From: an uncultured virus (IMG/VR IMGVR_UViG_3300025407_000887)
Taxonomy: Duplodnaviria > Heunggongvirae > Uroviricota > Caudoviricetes
Reading direction: 5' to 3' (one strand)
Virus record (IMG/VR): IMGVR_UViG_3300025407_000887
Length of the DNA: 20,000 nucleotides
Shown: positions 7,759 through 16,042 of the stretch, piece by piece
Position numbering within the stretch: position 1 is the first letter of the stretch
Layout of the letters: each line of letters opens with the position of its first letter
The notes under the pieces: model-generated
Told to the model about the DNA's origin: nothing
The model's input: only the letters and a program-made list of their open reading frames with translations
Databases searched by the model: none
Made by a program: the position numbers and the translations under genes

Positions 7759-8043
7759 ATGTCAAGACCTAAACCACGAATACTGTTAGATTACACTAAC
7801 AAAAAAACTTATAAGACAGAGCAGGTTTTAGAAGCTGACGCCATTTGGGCTGTATTCTATAAAAACGAGCCTTTCAATTTGAAAAGTTTTAATAGCCTTA
7901 CAAGTTATCCAGGACCAAAATATAAAAAAGTTTCATTCAGTAATCCTGGACATGCACGTAACTTGGCAAAAAAACTAAACGCAATTTTTGGTGTCGATGA
8001 TTTCGAAGTTGTCAAGCTAACACAAGGTACTGTTGTAAAATGA
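7759..8043 (+). CDS. Basic hypothetical phage protein
   Basis: MSRPKPRILL...YPGPKYKKVSFSNPGHA; ATGA-coupled to the next gene. Confidence 0.8.
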   Translation: MSRPKPRILLDYTNKKTYKTEQVLEADAIWAVFYKNEPFNLKSFNSLTSYPGPKYKKVSFSNPGHARNLAKKLNAIFGVDDFEVVKLTQGTVVK

Positions 8044-8447
8044 TAACAAGAGATGCCCTTACAAAGATTTTTTTACAGCAATGGGGCAAAAGTACAGACG
8101 ATGTAAATTTTAAAATTTATAGTCGTAAATGGTGGCAAAGTAATCGAGCCGGTAAACAAACTGCATTTCGACTAACCGACGAAGGTTATGAGTTTTTGAT
8201 AAAAGAATTGGAATTGAAAGACTACGAAATTCCATTTACCGAACCAATTGAACTTAGTCCTCAAACTATTGTATTTTTGGAAAGGTATGTAGACTGTCCT
8301 TACTACCTTACCAATATGTCAATTACAGTATTTTCCGAACGCAAAAGTTTTGAACTGTATTTGTTCTCAGATGACATACGCAAATTTGGACTAATTAAGG
8401 CTATGAATGAGCGTGAAAAAGAACTAGCAACGCCTAAAGACAGTTGA
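8040..8447 (+). CDS. Hypothetical protein (135 aa)
   Basis: ATGA coupling; contains FRLTDEG and DCPYY. Confidence 0.8.
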   Translation: MITRDALTKIFLQQWGKSTDDVNFKIYSRKWWQSNRAGKQTAFRLTDEGYEFLIKELELKDYEIPFTEPIELSPQTIVFLERYVDCPYYLTNMSITVFSERKSFELYLFSDDIRKFGLIKAMNEREKELATPKDS

Positions 8448-8472
8448 CACATCCTGCTTCCTAACGTATAAT
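8444..8472 (+). promoter_or_regulatory. Perfect-consensus sigma70-type promoter for the AAA+ ATPase gene
   Basis: TTGACA 8444-8449, 17-nt spacer, TATAAT 8467-8472. Confidence 0.85.
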
Positions 8473-8527
8473 ACATACATACAGCGTTAATTCAACAACA
8501 CTTTTTTTAATTAAGATAGGAAGCAAA

Positions 8528-9616
8528 ATGGCAGAAATCGTCAGTCGCACAGTGGGCCCAAGCGGTGCCAAAAAATCTTTGCGTAAAGCATTTAAAAATC
8601 AGCGTCCACTGTTCCTTTGGGGTCCCCCAGGCATTGGTAAGTCTGACATTATTAAACAACTTGGCACTGAGCTAGATGCTCACGTGATCGATGTTCGTTT
8701 AAGTCTTTGGGAACCTACTGATATTAAAGGTATTCCATATTTTGATTCTAACGATGGCACAATGCGTTGGGCTCCGCCAAGTGAGTTGCCAAGCAAGACA
8801 TTTGCCGCAAATCATAAACAAATTATCCTATTCTTGGATGAAATGAACTCTGCGGCACCTAGTGTACAGGCCGCGGCTTATCAACTAATTTTGAATCGTC
8901 GTGTTGGCGCATACGAATTGCCAGACAATGTTGTAATTGTTGCGGCTGGTAACCGTGAAACTGATAAGGGTGTTACATTCCGTATGCCTGCTCCGTTGGC
9001 AAACCGGTTTGTTCACTTGGAAATGCAAGTTGATTGGGCTGACTGGTTCGACTGGGCTGTGGACAATAAGATTCACAAAGACGTAGTTGGTTATTTGACC
9101 TTTGCTAAAAAGGACTTGTACGATTTTGATCCAAAAAGCTCAAGCCGTGCATTTGCTACTCCACGTAGCTGGTCTTTTGTAAGCGAATTACTTACAGATG
9201 ATGACACGGATGTGGATACACTTACCGATTTAACTTGTGGTTCAATCGGTGAAGGATTGGCTATTAAGTTTATGGCTCACCGTAAACATGCATCTAAAAT
9301 GCCTAATCCAACCGAAATCTTAAATGGTAAGGTTAAAAAGATGGAATCCAAAGAAATTTCAGCTATGTACTCTTTGACTGTGTCACTGTGCTACGAATTG
9401 AAAGATGCTTGCGATAAAAAAGCTAAAACTTGGAATGACATGACTAATAACTTCTTCGAATTTATGATGAATAATTTCGAAACAGAATTGGTTATTATGG
9501 GTACTAAGTTGGCATTGTCGACTTACAAGTTGCCTTTGGACCCAGATGAGATCAAATGCTTTGACGATTTCCATGCCAAATACGGCAAATACATTAGCCA
9601 AGCTACTGAAAAGTAA
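8528..9616 (+). CDS. MoxR/dynein-related AAA+ ATPase
   Basis: Walker A GPPGIGKS, Walker B LFLDE, sensor-1 AAGN, arginine-finger region PLANRF and sensor-2 TPRSW. Confidence 0.92.
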   Translation: MAEIVSRTVGPSGAKKSLRKAFKNQRPLFLWGPPGIGKSDIIKQLGTELDAHVIDVRLSLWEPTDIKGIPYFDSNDGTMRWAPPSELPSKTFAANHKQIILFLDEMNSAAPSVQAAAYQLILNRRVGAYELPDNVVIVAAGNRETDKGVTFRMPAPLANRFVHLEMQVDWADWFDWAVDNKIHKDVVGYLTFAKKDLYDFDPKSSSRAFATPRSWSFVSELLTDDDTDVDTLTDLTCGSIGEGLAIKFMAHRKHASKMPNPTEILNGKVKKMESKEISAMYSLTVSLCYELKDACDKKAKTWNDMTNNFFEFMMNNFETELVIMGTKLALSTYKLPLDPDEIKCFDDFHAKYGKYISQATEK

Positions 9617-9632
9617 TTAAATTTGGTACTAT

Positions 9633-9661
9633 TTGACAGGACCTTCGGGTCCTGTTATAAT
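9633..9661 (+). promoter_or_regulatory. Perfect-consensus sigma70-type promoter for the vWA/metallopeptidase gene
   Basis: TTGACA 9633-9638, 17-nt spacer, TATAAT 9656-9661. AAGGGAG RBS precedes ATG 9687. Confidence 0.8.
9635..9656 (+). other. cUUCGg tetraloop hairpin (possible terminator or mRNA-stabilising hairpin) after the AAA+ gene
   Basis: ACAGGACC-TTCG-GGTCCTGT (9636-9655): 8-bp perfect stem plus a G-U pair. The downstream tract is AT-rich but not a clean U-run. Confidence 0.75.
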
Positions 9662-9686
9662 ATATACATACAGTAAAGGAGCATTC

Positions 9687-10871
9687 ATGTCACATACAGA
9701 TCCAATTATCGACAAAATTATCGTAGCCCGTGTGGGTCTACTACTTCGCCATCCATTCTTTGGTAATTTGGCTACTCGTTTACAAATCAAAGAAGGCACA
9801 GATTGGTTACCGACAGCCGCTACAGACGGACGTCATATCTATTTTAATCGCGATTTCTTTAGTAATTTGTCTATTAAACAAGTAGAATTTGTTATTGCAC
9901 ACGAAATCTTGCACAATGTATTTGATCATATGGGACGTCGAGAAGGACGTGATCCACAAATTTTTAACATTGCCGCTGACTATTGTGTTAACGGACAAAT
10001 TGTGCGTGATCGCATCGGAGAGCACAACATCGATGGCATCAAAATCTTTCATGATCCAAAATACTATGGCTGGGGTGCAGAACAGGTTTACGATGAGATT
10101 TACGAAAAGTACAGTGAAGAACAACTTAAACAGTTGGGTCAATTATTGGACGAACATATTGACTGGGGTGAGAACGGTAAAGACGGTCAGCCAAAGTATA
10201 GTAAAGAAGAACTAAAACAGATTCGTGACGAAATGCGTGAAGCTACAATGCAGGCCGCACAGGCCGCAGGTGCAGGTAATGTTCCTGAAAGTGTAGCACG
10301 TATGATTAAAGATTTTACAGAACCTAAGATGAATTGGCGTGAAATTTTGCGTCAACAAATCCAAAGTGTTATTAAGAATGACTTTAGTTTTATGCGTCCT
10401 AATCGTAAAGGTTGGCATATGAATGCTATCCTACCAGGTCAACAATTCCAAGAAACTATCGATATCTGTGTAGCAATTGACATGTCAGGCTCAATCGGTG
10501 ACGAGCAGGCCAAAGACTTCTTGTCAGAGATTAAGGGTATTATGCAAGAGTATAAAGACTTTAAGATTAAAGTATGGTGCTTTGACACTCGAGTGTATAA
10601 TGAGGCAGACTTTGACGGTTACAACATTGACGAGTTTGATGAATATGAACCAATGGGCGGTGGCGGAACTGAGTTCGATGCCAACTGGGAATACATGAAG
10701 GAACATGACATTCAACCTAAAAAGTTTATCATGTTTACAGACGGTTATCCTTGGGGTAGCTGGGGCGATGAAAACTACTGTGATACAGTATTCATTATTC
10801 ACGGCAATGACAAGATTGTTCCTCCATTTGGAGAACATGCTTATTACGATTTTGCAAAGGCAACAGCATAA
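9687..10871 (+). CDS. HExxH metallopeptidase-like domain plus vWA domain protein (DUF2201-like)
   Basis: TAATDG, IAHEILH (HExxH), NIAADYCVN, MIDAS motif IDMSGS, GGGGTEF and MFTDG. Adjacent to a MoxR-like ATPase, which is the usual pairing. Confidence 0.88.
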   Translation: MSHTDPIIDKIIVARVGLLLRHPFFGNLATRLQIKEGTDWLPTAATDGRHIYFNRDFFSNLSIKQVEFVIAHEILHNVFDHMGRREGRDPQIFNIAADYCVNGQIVRDRIGEHNIDGIKIFHDPKYYGWGAEQVYDEIYEKYSEEQLKQLGQLLDEHIDWGENGKDGQPKYSKEELKQIRDEMREATMQAAQAAGAGNVPESVARMIKDFTEPKMNWREILRQQIQSVIKNDFSFMRPNRKGWHMNAILPGQQFQETIDICVAIDMSGSIGDEQAKDFLSEIKGIMQEYKDFKIKVWCFDTRVYNEADFDGYNIDEFDEYEPMGGGGTEFDANWEYMKEHDIQPKKFIMFTDGYPWGSWGDENYCDTVFIIHGNDKIVPPFGEHAYYDFAKATA

Positions 10872-11149
10872 TGGCATTAAAATCAGGCAAACCTAATCCT
10901 TTAAATTATTTCAATTTACGCAGGGTTGAGTTTGCCTGCCCGCATTTTAAATACACTACTATAAGCAAATTTAATCCAAGTCTAGCTAAAAGCCTAGATA
11001 GTTGGATTAGGCAAAATCTTAACAATAGATATTACATAGGACAGGGTTTAGAACTAGATAATACCAATACTATAGTATACAATACTACTATTGGATTTGA
11101 GTCAGAAAAAGAACTAAGTTTTTTCACAATTGCCTGTCCATATCTTTAA
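10871..11149 (+). CDS. Hypothetical protein (92 aa)
   Basis: TAATG coupling; contains NPLNYFNLRR and IGFESEKELSFF. Confidence 0.75.
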   Translation: MALKSGKPNPLNYFNLRRVEFACPHFKYTTISKFNPSLAKSLDSWIRQNLNNRYYIGQGLELDNTNTIVYNTTIGFESEKELSFFTIACPYL

Positions 11150-11186
11150 AGAAGATAATTAAGTATGTACTTTAAAGGAGATACTA

Positions 11187-11447
11187 ATGACAGATACAGT
11201 ACAACAACCACAACAAGAAAGCACAGATCTTACCATTAACGATTTGAACGCATTAAAGACAATCATCGATATTGCTAGCTCACGTGGTGCATTTAAACCA
11301 AATGAAATGGTAGCAGTTGGTCAAACTTATACTAAATTAGATACGTTCTTGGCAACAGTTGCTAAACAACAACAAGCCGCCCAAGCTCAACAACCAGCTC
11401 AAACCCCAGCCGATCAAGCAGTTGCTAATACGGTAGCAGGAGTCTAA
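11187..11447 (+). CDS. Hypothetical protein with RGAF motif and Gln/Ala-rich tail
   Basis: Strong RBS AAGGAG 11175-11180; contains IIDIASSRGAFKPNEM. Confidence 0.8.
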   Translation: MTDTVQQPQQESTDLTINDLNALKTIIDIASSRGAFKPNEMVAVGQTYTKLDTFLATVAKQQQAAQAQQPAQTPADQAVANTVAGV

Positions 11448-11448
11448 T

Positions 11449-12090
11449 ATGGCCGAACTCAAACACGTAGGCCGTGTTAAAGCCACTAACAAAAAATGTT
11501 TAGTGGCTTATCGCACGTTACCTGGCGATGCATACTATTGTCTAGTTATTCCGACAGAAAATTTACCAGACATCTATCACGATGCTTTGATCAATTTAGT
11601 CGAGAGTACATCTGGACAAGATGCATACGAATTTGCAGAAGCATTGGATCGTACACAATTTCCAGACGGCAGTAACATGCTACGTAACTTACATGCAAGT
11701 GGAAGATTGATCAAAGTTGGAACAAGTGATATTGAAATGACTCCTACTACAGGATTTTCAATTCAATTATCTGAACTTAATCAACTTATTGCCGAACAGC
11801 GTGGTCTATCAGTTGACGACTTATCTTTAAAATCTAGCACAGATCCAAAAGATAATGCAGTTCCAAAAGTTACAGATGAACAATTAGTTAAAAACGACAA
11901 AGCCGTTGAAACTAAAAAAGCAGATGCTAAACCAACTGCTACAGTAACTACAACTCCGAAAGCAGATGCTAGTCCAGAAGAACAAGCAAAATTCTTCCGT
12001 AGTCAAGCAGACAAGTTAGCTAAAGAAGCTGCCGAGATGCGTCGCAAAGCAGAGGAATTGGTTCCGACCAAGAAAAAAATAGTTAAATGA
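11449..12090 (+). CDS. Hypothetical protein (globular N-terminus, low-complexity linker, C-terminal coiled coil)
   Basis: AGGAG upstream of ATG 11449; 213-aa ORF. Confidence 0.8.
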   Translation: MAELKHVGRVKATNKKCLVAYRTLPGDAYYCLVIPTENLPDIYHDALINLVESTSGQDAYEFAEALDRTQFPDGSNMLRNLHASGRLIKVGTSDIEMTPTTGFSIQLSELNQLIAEQRGLSVDDLSLKSSTDPKDNAVPKVTDEQLVKNDKAVETKKADAKPTATVTTTPKADASPEEQAKFFRSQADKLAKEAAEMRRKAEELVPTKKKIVK

Positions 12091-12407
12091 AGCCTAGGGG
12101 AAGAGTTCTTCCCAAGGATGTCATAGCAAACTGGCCAGAAGTATTCGGAGACGTACATCTAAACGTGTTACCTTTAGGGTATCTCCACTCCGTTTTGGTC
12201 AATTTTAAGGATGGCAAAACTTGGGAAATTAAAATAACACAGCAAACCAAACGTGGTGGATGGTCCACTTTTGAAAAAAATCTGTCCGAGTTAGTTAAAA
12301 ATTACGAAGAAAAAATCGATAATATAGATTTTAAATTAGATACAACCCGTGTTAGAAAAGATATAGAAAAATCAACCCAAAAATTCCTTAAGAAAAAGAA
12401 GTTATAA
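12087..12407 (+). CDS. Hypothetical protein (106 aa)
   Basis: ATGA coupling; WPEVF motif and basic C-terminus. Confidence 0.75.
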   Translation: MKPRGRVLPKDVIANWPEVFGDVHLNVLPLGYLHSVLVNFKDGKTWEIKITQQTKRGGWSTFEKNLSELVKNYEEKIDNIDFKLDTTRVRKDIEKSTQKFLKKKKL

Positions 12408-12410
12408 ATA

Positions 12411-13097
12411 ATGCATGTTCGATTACTTAGTTTCTCTCAGCCAACAGAAGAGTTTGCATCAATGGGCATTGAAGACGCACAGGAACTCATTGCGTATTGT
12501 GCCCGTGTCAGCAATCCCTCCAACCAACTTAACACCGAAACATCAGCAAAACTCATACAATACCTCATCCGACACCAACATTGGAGCCCGCTCGAAATGG
12601 TGTCAGCCTGTATTGAAATCACCACTACCAGAGATATTGCCCGTCAAATACTTAGACACAGAAGTTTCAGTTTCCAAGAATTCAGTCAGCGATATGCTGA
12701 CCCTACTAAAGACTTGTCGTTTGTATTGCGAGATGCACGAAAACAAGATAACAAAAATAGACAAAACAGTATAGAACTTGATATTCATAATAACGATGAA
12801 GATCGATTCCTTGCCTATCAATGGGAACGTATGCAAGAGTTAGTTATTAAACAAAGCCGTGATGCATACGAATGGGCGATTAATAAAGGTATTGCTAAAG
12901 AACAAGCTCGTGCTGTATTGCCAGAAGGACTTATTGAAAGTCGATTATATATGAACGGCACACTACGCAGTTGGATTCATTTTATTGAATTACGGTCGGC
13001 TAATGGTACACAAAAAGAACATCAAGAAGTTGCTATAGCTTGTGCTCAAGTGATAGCTCAGATATTCCCGCTTGCCACTGATCTTTTAGCCAAGTAA
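12411..13097 (+). CDS. thyX: Flavin-dependent thymidylate synthase
   Basis: ThyX motif RHRSFSFQEFSQRY, plus HWSPLE, AKEQARAVLP and TQKEH. Confidence 0.95.
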   Translation: MHVRLLSFSQPTEEFASMGIEDAQELIAYCARVSNPSNQLNTETSAKLIQYLIRHQHWSPLEMVSACIEITTTRDIARQILRHRSFSFQEFSQRYADPTKDLSFVLRDARKQDNKNRQNSIELDIHNNDEDRFLAYQWERMQELVIKQSRDAYEWAINKGIAKEQARAVLPEGLIESRLYMNGTLRSWIHFIELRSANGTQKEHQEVAIACAQVIAQIFPLATDLLAK

Positions 13098-13725
13098 AAT
13101 CATTTATCCTAGCAAGTGCCTCCGGATTGGAGGCATTTTTTTCTCCGTACATTTTACCAGAAATAGCACCCATATAAGCATATCCGCCAAATGATGCATT
13201 GTTGTTTAGTTGTGTCCAAAAATATAATCTAGTAATGGATTCTTCATTATTAATTACTGCCAATTTGCAACACTCTCTAAATGCACTACGCCAAGTAGTA
13301 AATGGATCTGTATTGAATGCTGTAATATTACTAGCCTGATCTATTGCTTTAAATTTTGTACTAATATTGGTAGTCATATCTACTGTATCTGTACTCATAT
13401 TCATTGTGAGAAATTTTGGTAATAATTTAACTCCGCCATAACCATATGTTAGACTATTAATAGGATTAATACTACGCCATACGTGAACAACATCTAAATC
13501 CCATTCACTTACTTCATAGTCAAAATTGAAATCATTTAATATAACAGCGTCTGCATCGACTGCCCAAAACATTTTAGTCATAGCTTTTTTGGCAGCCGAA
13601 ATGTGTGCTTGATGTATACCTTTAATTCCATGTACACGTTTTGCAAGAGGAAAACGTTCTTTTAAACTGGCAAAGTTTTCATCTGCATTTTCTTCATCGT
13701 ATGAAATAAAAATAATATCGTACAT
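13033..13725 (-). CDS. Putative GT-A fold glycosyltransferase (paralog pair A, copy 2)
   Basis: DIIFISYDE start, FWAVDAD DxD motif, YGYGGVKL and WRSAFRECCKL. Clearly similar to 13725..14624. Confidence 0.65.
   Translation of the reverse strand: MYDIIFISYDEENADENFASLKERFPLAKRVHGIKGIHQAHISAAKKAMTKMFWAVDADAVILNDFNFDYEVSEWDLDVVHVWRSINPINSLTYGYGGVKLLPKFLTMNMSTDTVDMTTNISTKFKAIDQASNITAFNTDPFTTWRSAFRECCKLAVINNEESITRLYFWTQLNNNASFGGYAYMGAISGKMYGEKNASNPEALARINDFTWLKDQWQAGISELSLEHKL
13116..13142 (+). terminator. Intrinsic terminator of the + strand arm, lying inside the antisense CDS
   Basis: Stem TGCCTCC 13117-13123 / GGAGGCA 13129-13135 with loop GGATT, followed by T7 at 13136-13142. Starts 19 nt after the thyX stop. 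Confidence 0.75.
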
Positions 13726-14624
13726 TATTTGCGTCTTCCAATAATGCGTGGAGTATTAAGATATACAGTTTTGAAAAACTTACTGCCTGCACCGTCTAAA
13801 TTAGCAATTTCTAATCCGCCATGCTTGTTTAATTCTTTACCTAAAAAATTAATGTATTTTGTCATTTCTTCCGGGTCTGCTAGTTCATGCGTAGTTTCCC
13901 AGAAGTTAGTTAACCATTCAAAATCACGTACCTGGCTATAATCCCAATCAGTAAACATTGTCTTATAACAGCCTTCTCTGGCACCTAGTATTGACCAAAT
14001 ACCGTGTTCTACATCTGCGCCAACACTACACCAAATCAATAATCTGTGATAATTTTGCCACCAGATTTTTTTAAGGTCATTTGTTTTTCCGCCCTGCTCT
14101 AATGACATTTTTACCCCTTCTCTAAAGCCTGCTCTCCATGCTTGAAACGGTGTAGCATTAGTAAAGCTCTCGCTATAGTTTTCATTAAATTGGTAGTATC
14201 GATGATCAAAACAAAATTCAACACGACCTTTTACATCCATTGGATCCGAGTTTTCATGTGTACGCATTTCATTGACAAATTTACGTGTCCATAATTTAAG
14301 TCCGCCATTACCATACATAAGTCCGTTAACATGAACTTTACCACACCAACTAAAAACATTTTCGCTAGTAAGACCCAACGCATCTAAATCAATTTCTACA
14401 TTTAAAAATTCTGGGCTAACGATATTATCAGCATCTACTGTAACAAAATATTCAGTTTCACTTAGTGCCGCACAAGCCTTATGTGCCGCATCACTACCTT
14501 TAACACCATGTACACGTTTTGCCCAAGGCATTTTTGTTAGTAAATCTGCATAATTTTTTTCGGCGTTTGGCTCATCATAACTGAGAAATATGATGTCCTG
14601 ATCAATAATTTTAATTTTATCCAT
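13725..14624 (-). CDS. Putative GT-A fold glycosyltransferase (paralog pair A, copy 1)
   Basis: DIIFLSYDE, AKRVHGVKG, FVTVDAD DxD motif, YGNGGLKL and WRAGFREGVKM. Confidence 0.65.
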   Translation of the reverse strand: MDKIKIIDQDIIFLSYDEPNAEKNYADLLTKMPWAKRVHGVKGSDAAHKACAALSETEYFVTVDADNIVSPEFLNVEIDLDALGLTSENVFSWCGKVHVNGLMYGNGGLKLWTRKFVNEMRTHENSDPMDVKGRVEFCFDHRYYQFNENYSESFTNATPFQAWRAGFREGVKMSLEQGGKTNDLKKIWWQNYHRLLIWCSVGADVEHGIWSILGAREGCYKTMFTDWDYSQVRDFEWLTNFWETTHELADPEEMTKYINFLGKELNKHGGLEIANLDGAGSKFFKTVYLNTPRIIGRRK

Positions 14625-15204
14625 TTTTAATTAGTCCGTAACTTTGAAAATATATCCTAGAGGATATCGATATCTTATCTATTTGAGTTTCTATTTTACT
14701 AGTGAAAGGAATACGCACTTCGGGTTCTTCCATTAATTCCTTAACATTAACTAGCATAGTTCTTATTAAGAAATCAAAATCATTTTTAAGCATTATAAAA
14801 AATACTGCATTACTAGTTATGCTATCTGCAAGTCTTGTTTTAGCTTTTTGTGAAAGAGTAAAAATCCAAGTTTGGTTTTCTAAATTCCATTCAACTGTTA
14901 GTTCTGTTGTTTTTGTTGGAGGGTTTTTAATCCATTGAAATATGTTATTTCTAAATCCGTATAACTGATTAGATACTTGTATTAAAGATAGTTCAGTTTT
15001 ACCTGTAACACCTTTAGTATATCCAATTACATAGTCCCGTGTGTACTTTTCTTTTTCTAAAAACGACACATACTCTTCTGCCGATATTTCGTAAGCATAT
15101 TTTTCAGCAGGATCTTTTTGATTAGTAAGACTAGTTATAATTCCTGTTTTTTTATCATACACTAGGTAATATTTTTGAGGAGGCGTAAATTTAAACTTTG
15201 GCAT
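14617..15204 (-). CDS. Hypothetical protein (195 aa) inside the glycosyltransferase cassette
   Basis: Overlaps both neighbours; N-terminal YYLVYDKKTGII. Confidence 0.75.
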   Translation of the reverse strand: MPKFKFTPPQKYYLVYDKKTGIITSLTNQKDPAEKYAYEISAEEYVSFLEKEKYTRDYVIGYTKGVTGKTELSLIQVSNQLYGFRNNIFQWIKNPPTKTTELTVEWNLENQTWIFTLSQKAKTRLADSITSNAVFFIMLKNDFDFLIRTMLVNVKELMEEPEVRIPFTSKIETQIDKISISSRIYFQSYGLIKNG

Positions 15205-16042
15205 CGATTAACTCCTCTAGCTGAGATATAATTTCTTTTGATAAGAAATCTTTTTCAACATAATGAAATAATTGCGGTTGTTTAATATTACCTACAACTA
15301 GTTCTCCTTTATTGTTCAGTACAAAAGGTACAATATCCTGCCATCTATCTGCACCAGATGGCCACCCTTGTAATGGAATTTTCATATGAACAAATTTCAT
15401 AGGGTTTAATCTATCTATTGCAGTCTGTTGTAGTCCTGTTATTTCAATAGTAATGGCAGCGGCCAAATCCATACTAAGCCATTTTTGATAGTAATCTGGG
15501 GCATATATAGTGTAGCATGCTTCCCAGTTATTACAAACAAATTCTAGTACTTTGTAAAAATCGTAAGCAATATCTGATTTTTTAAAATAATGACATGCAA
15601 AATACGGGTTAGTTAATCGATTTGCAATAAAAGTTTTTCTATGAAAAGTATCTAACGGAATATGTTCTTGTTTATAATTATTAATATGTGAGCAAAATTT
15701 AATGTCAAAATTACTACAATATGTCCACCAATCACTGATATCACCGGACATTAACATGTCTGTATCCAACACTATTGTTTCATGATAAGGTGTTACGTGA
15801 TAAAATTTCCAACGGTGTTCTGCCGCTAACGGGCTATTACCAATTTCTTCAAACCATGGAATAGGAATTATTTGATCAAATGCTCGTAGATATTTTTTAG
15901 GAACTGTGTTGTTAGTAATTAAAGAAACATTGGTTATTTCTTTTTGACTATTTTTAATACTTAACGCCAGTGCATAGGCCTGTTGAACATAGTCAACTGT
16001 GTCGGTATTTTGTGCAAATAATAAAAATCCTTTAGACACCAT
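15191..16042 (-). CDS. Putative glycosyltransferase / nucleotide-diphospho-sugar transferase (GT8-like, pair B copy 2)
   Basis: DYVQQAYALALSIK, VSLIT, TPYHETIVLDTD (DxD) and C-terminal FVHMK/FHY. Confidence 0.7.
   Translation of the reverse strand: MVSKGFLLFAQNTDTVDYVQQAYALALSIKNSQKEITNVSLITNNTVPKKYLRAFDQIIPIPWFEEIGNSPLAAEHRWKFYHVTPYHETIVLDTDMLMSGDISDWWTYCSNFDIKFCSHINNYKQEHIPLDTFHRKTFIANRLTNPYFACHYFKKSDIAYDFYKVLEFVCNNWEACYTIYAPDYYQKWLSMDLAAAITIEITGLQQTAIDRLNPMKFVHMKIPLQGWPSGADRWQDIVPFVLNNKGELVVGNIKQPQLFHYVEKDFLSKEIISQLEELIDAKV

Noticed and set aside
8473..8527. T-run at ~8502-8508 as a terminator or small RNA
   Set aside because: No convincing GC-rich stem precedes it. It reads as the 5' leader of the AAA+ gene.
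9633..9686. ORF-track TTG start at 9633 for the vWA gene
   Set aside because: That stretch is the promoter and hairpin. An RBS precedes ATG 9687 (MSHTDPII).
12403..12410. Second exact TATAAATA immediately before the thyX ATG
   Set aside because: It includes the upstream stop codon and abuts ATG 12411, so a transcript from it would start inside thyX. It is probably coincidental.
164..12836. Numerous - strand and alternative-frame ORFs of 60-130 aa within the + arm (e.g. 3368..3763, 9807..10142, 10524..10877)
   Set aside because: They lie within or across well-supported genes, have no recognisable motifs, and are best explained as shadow ORFs.
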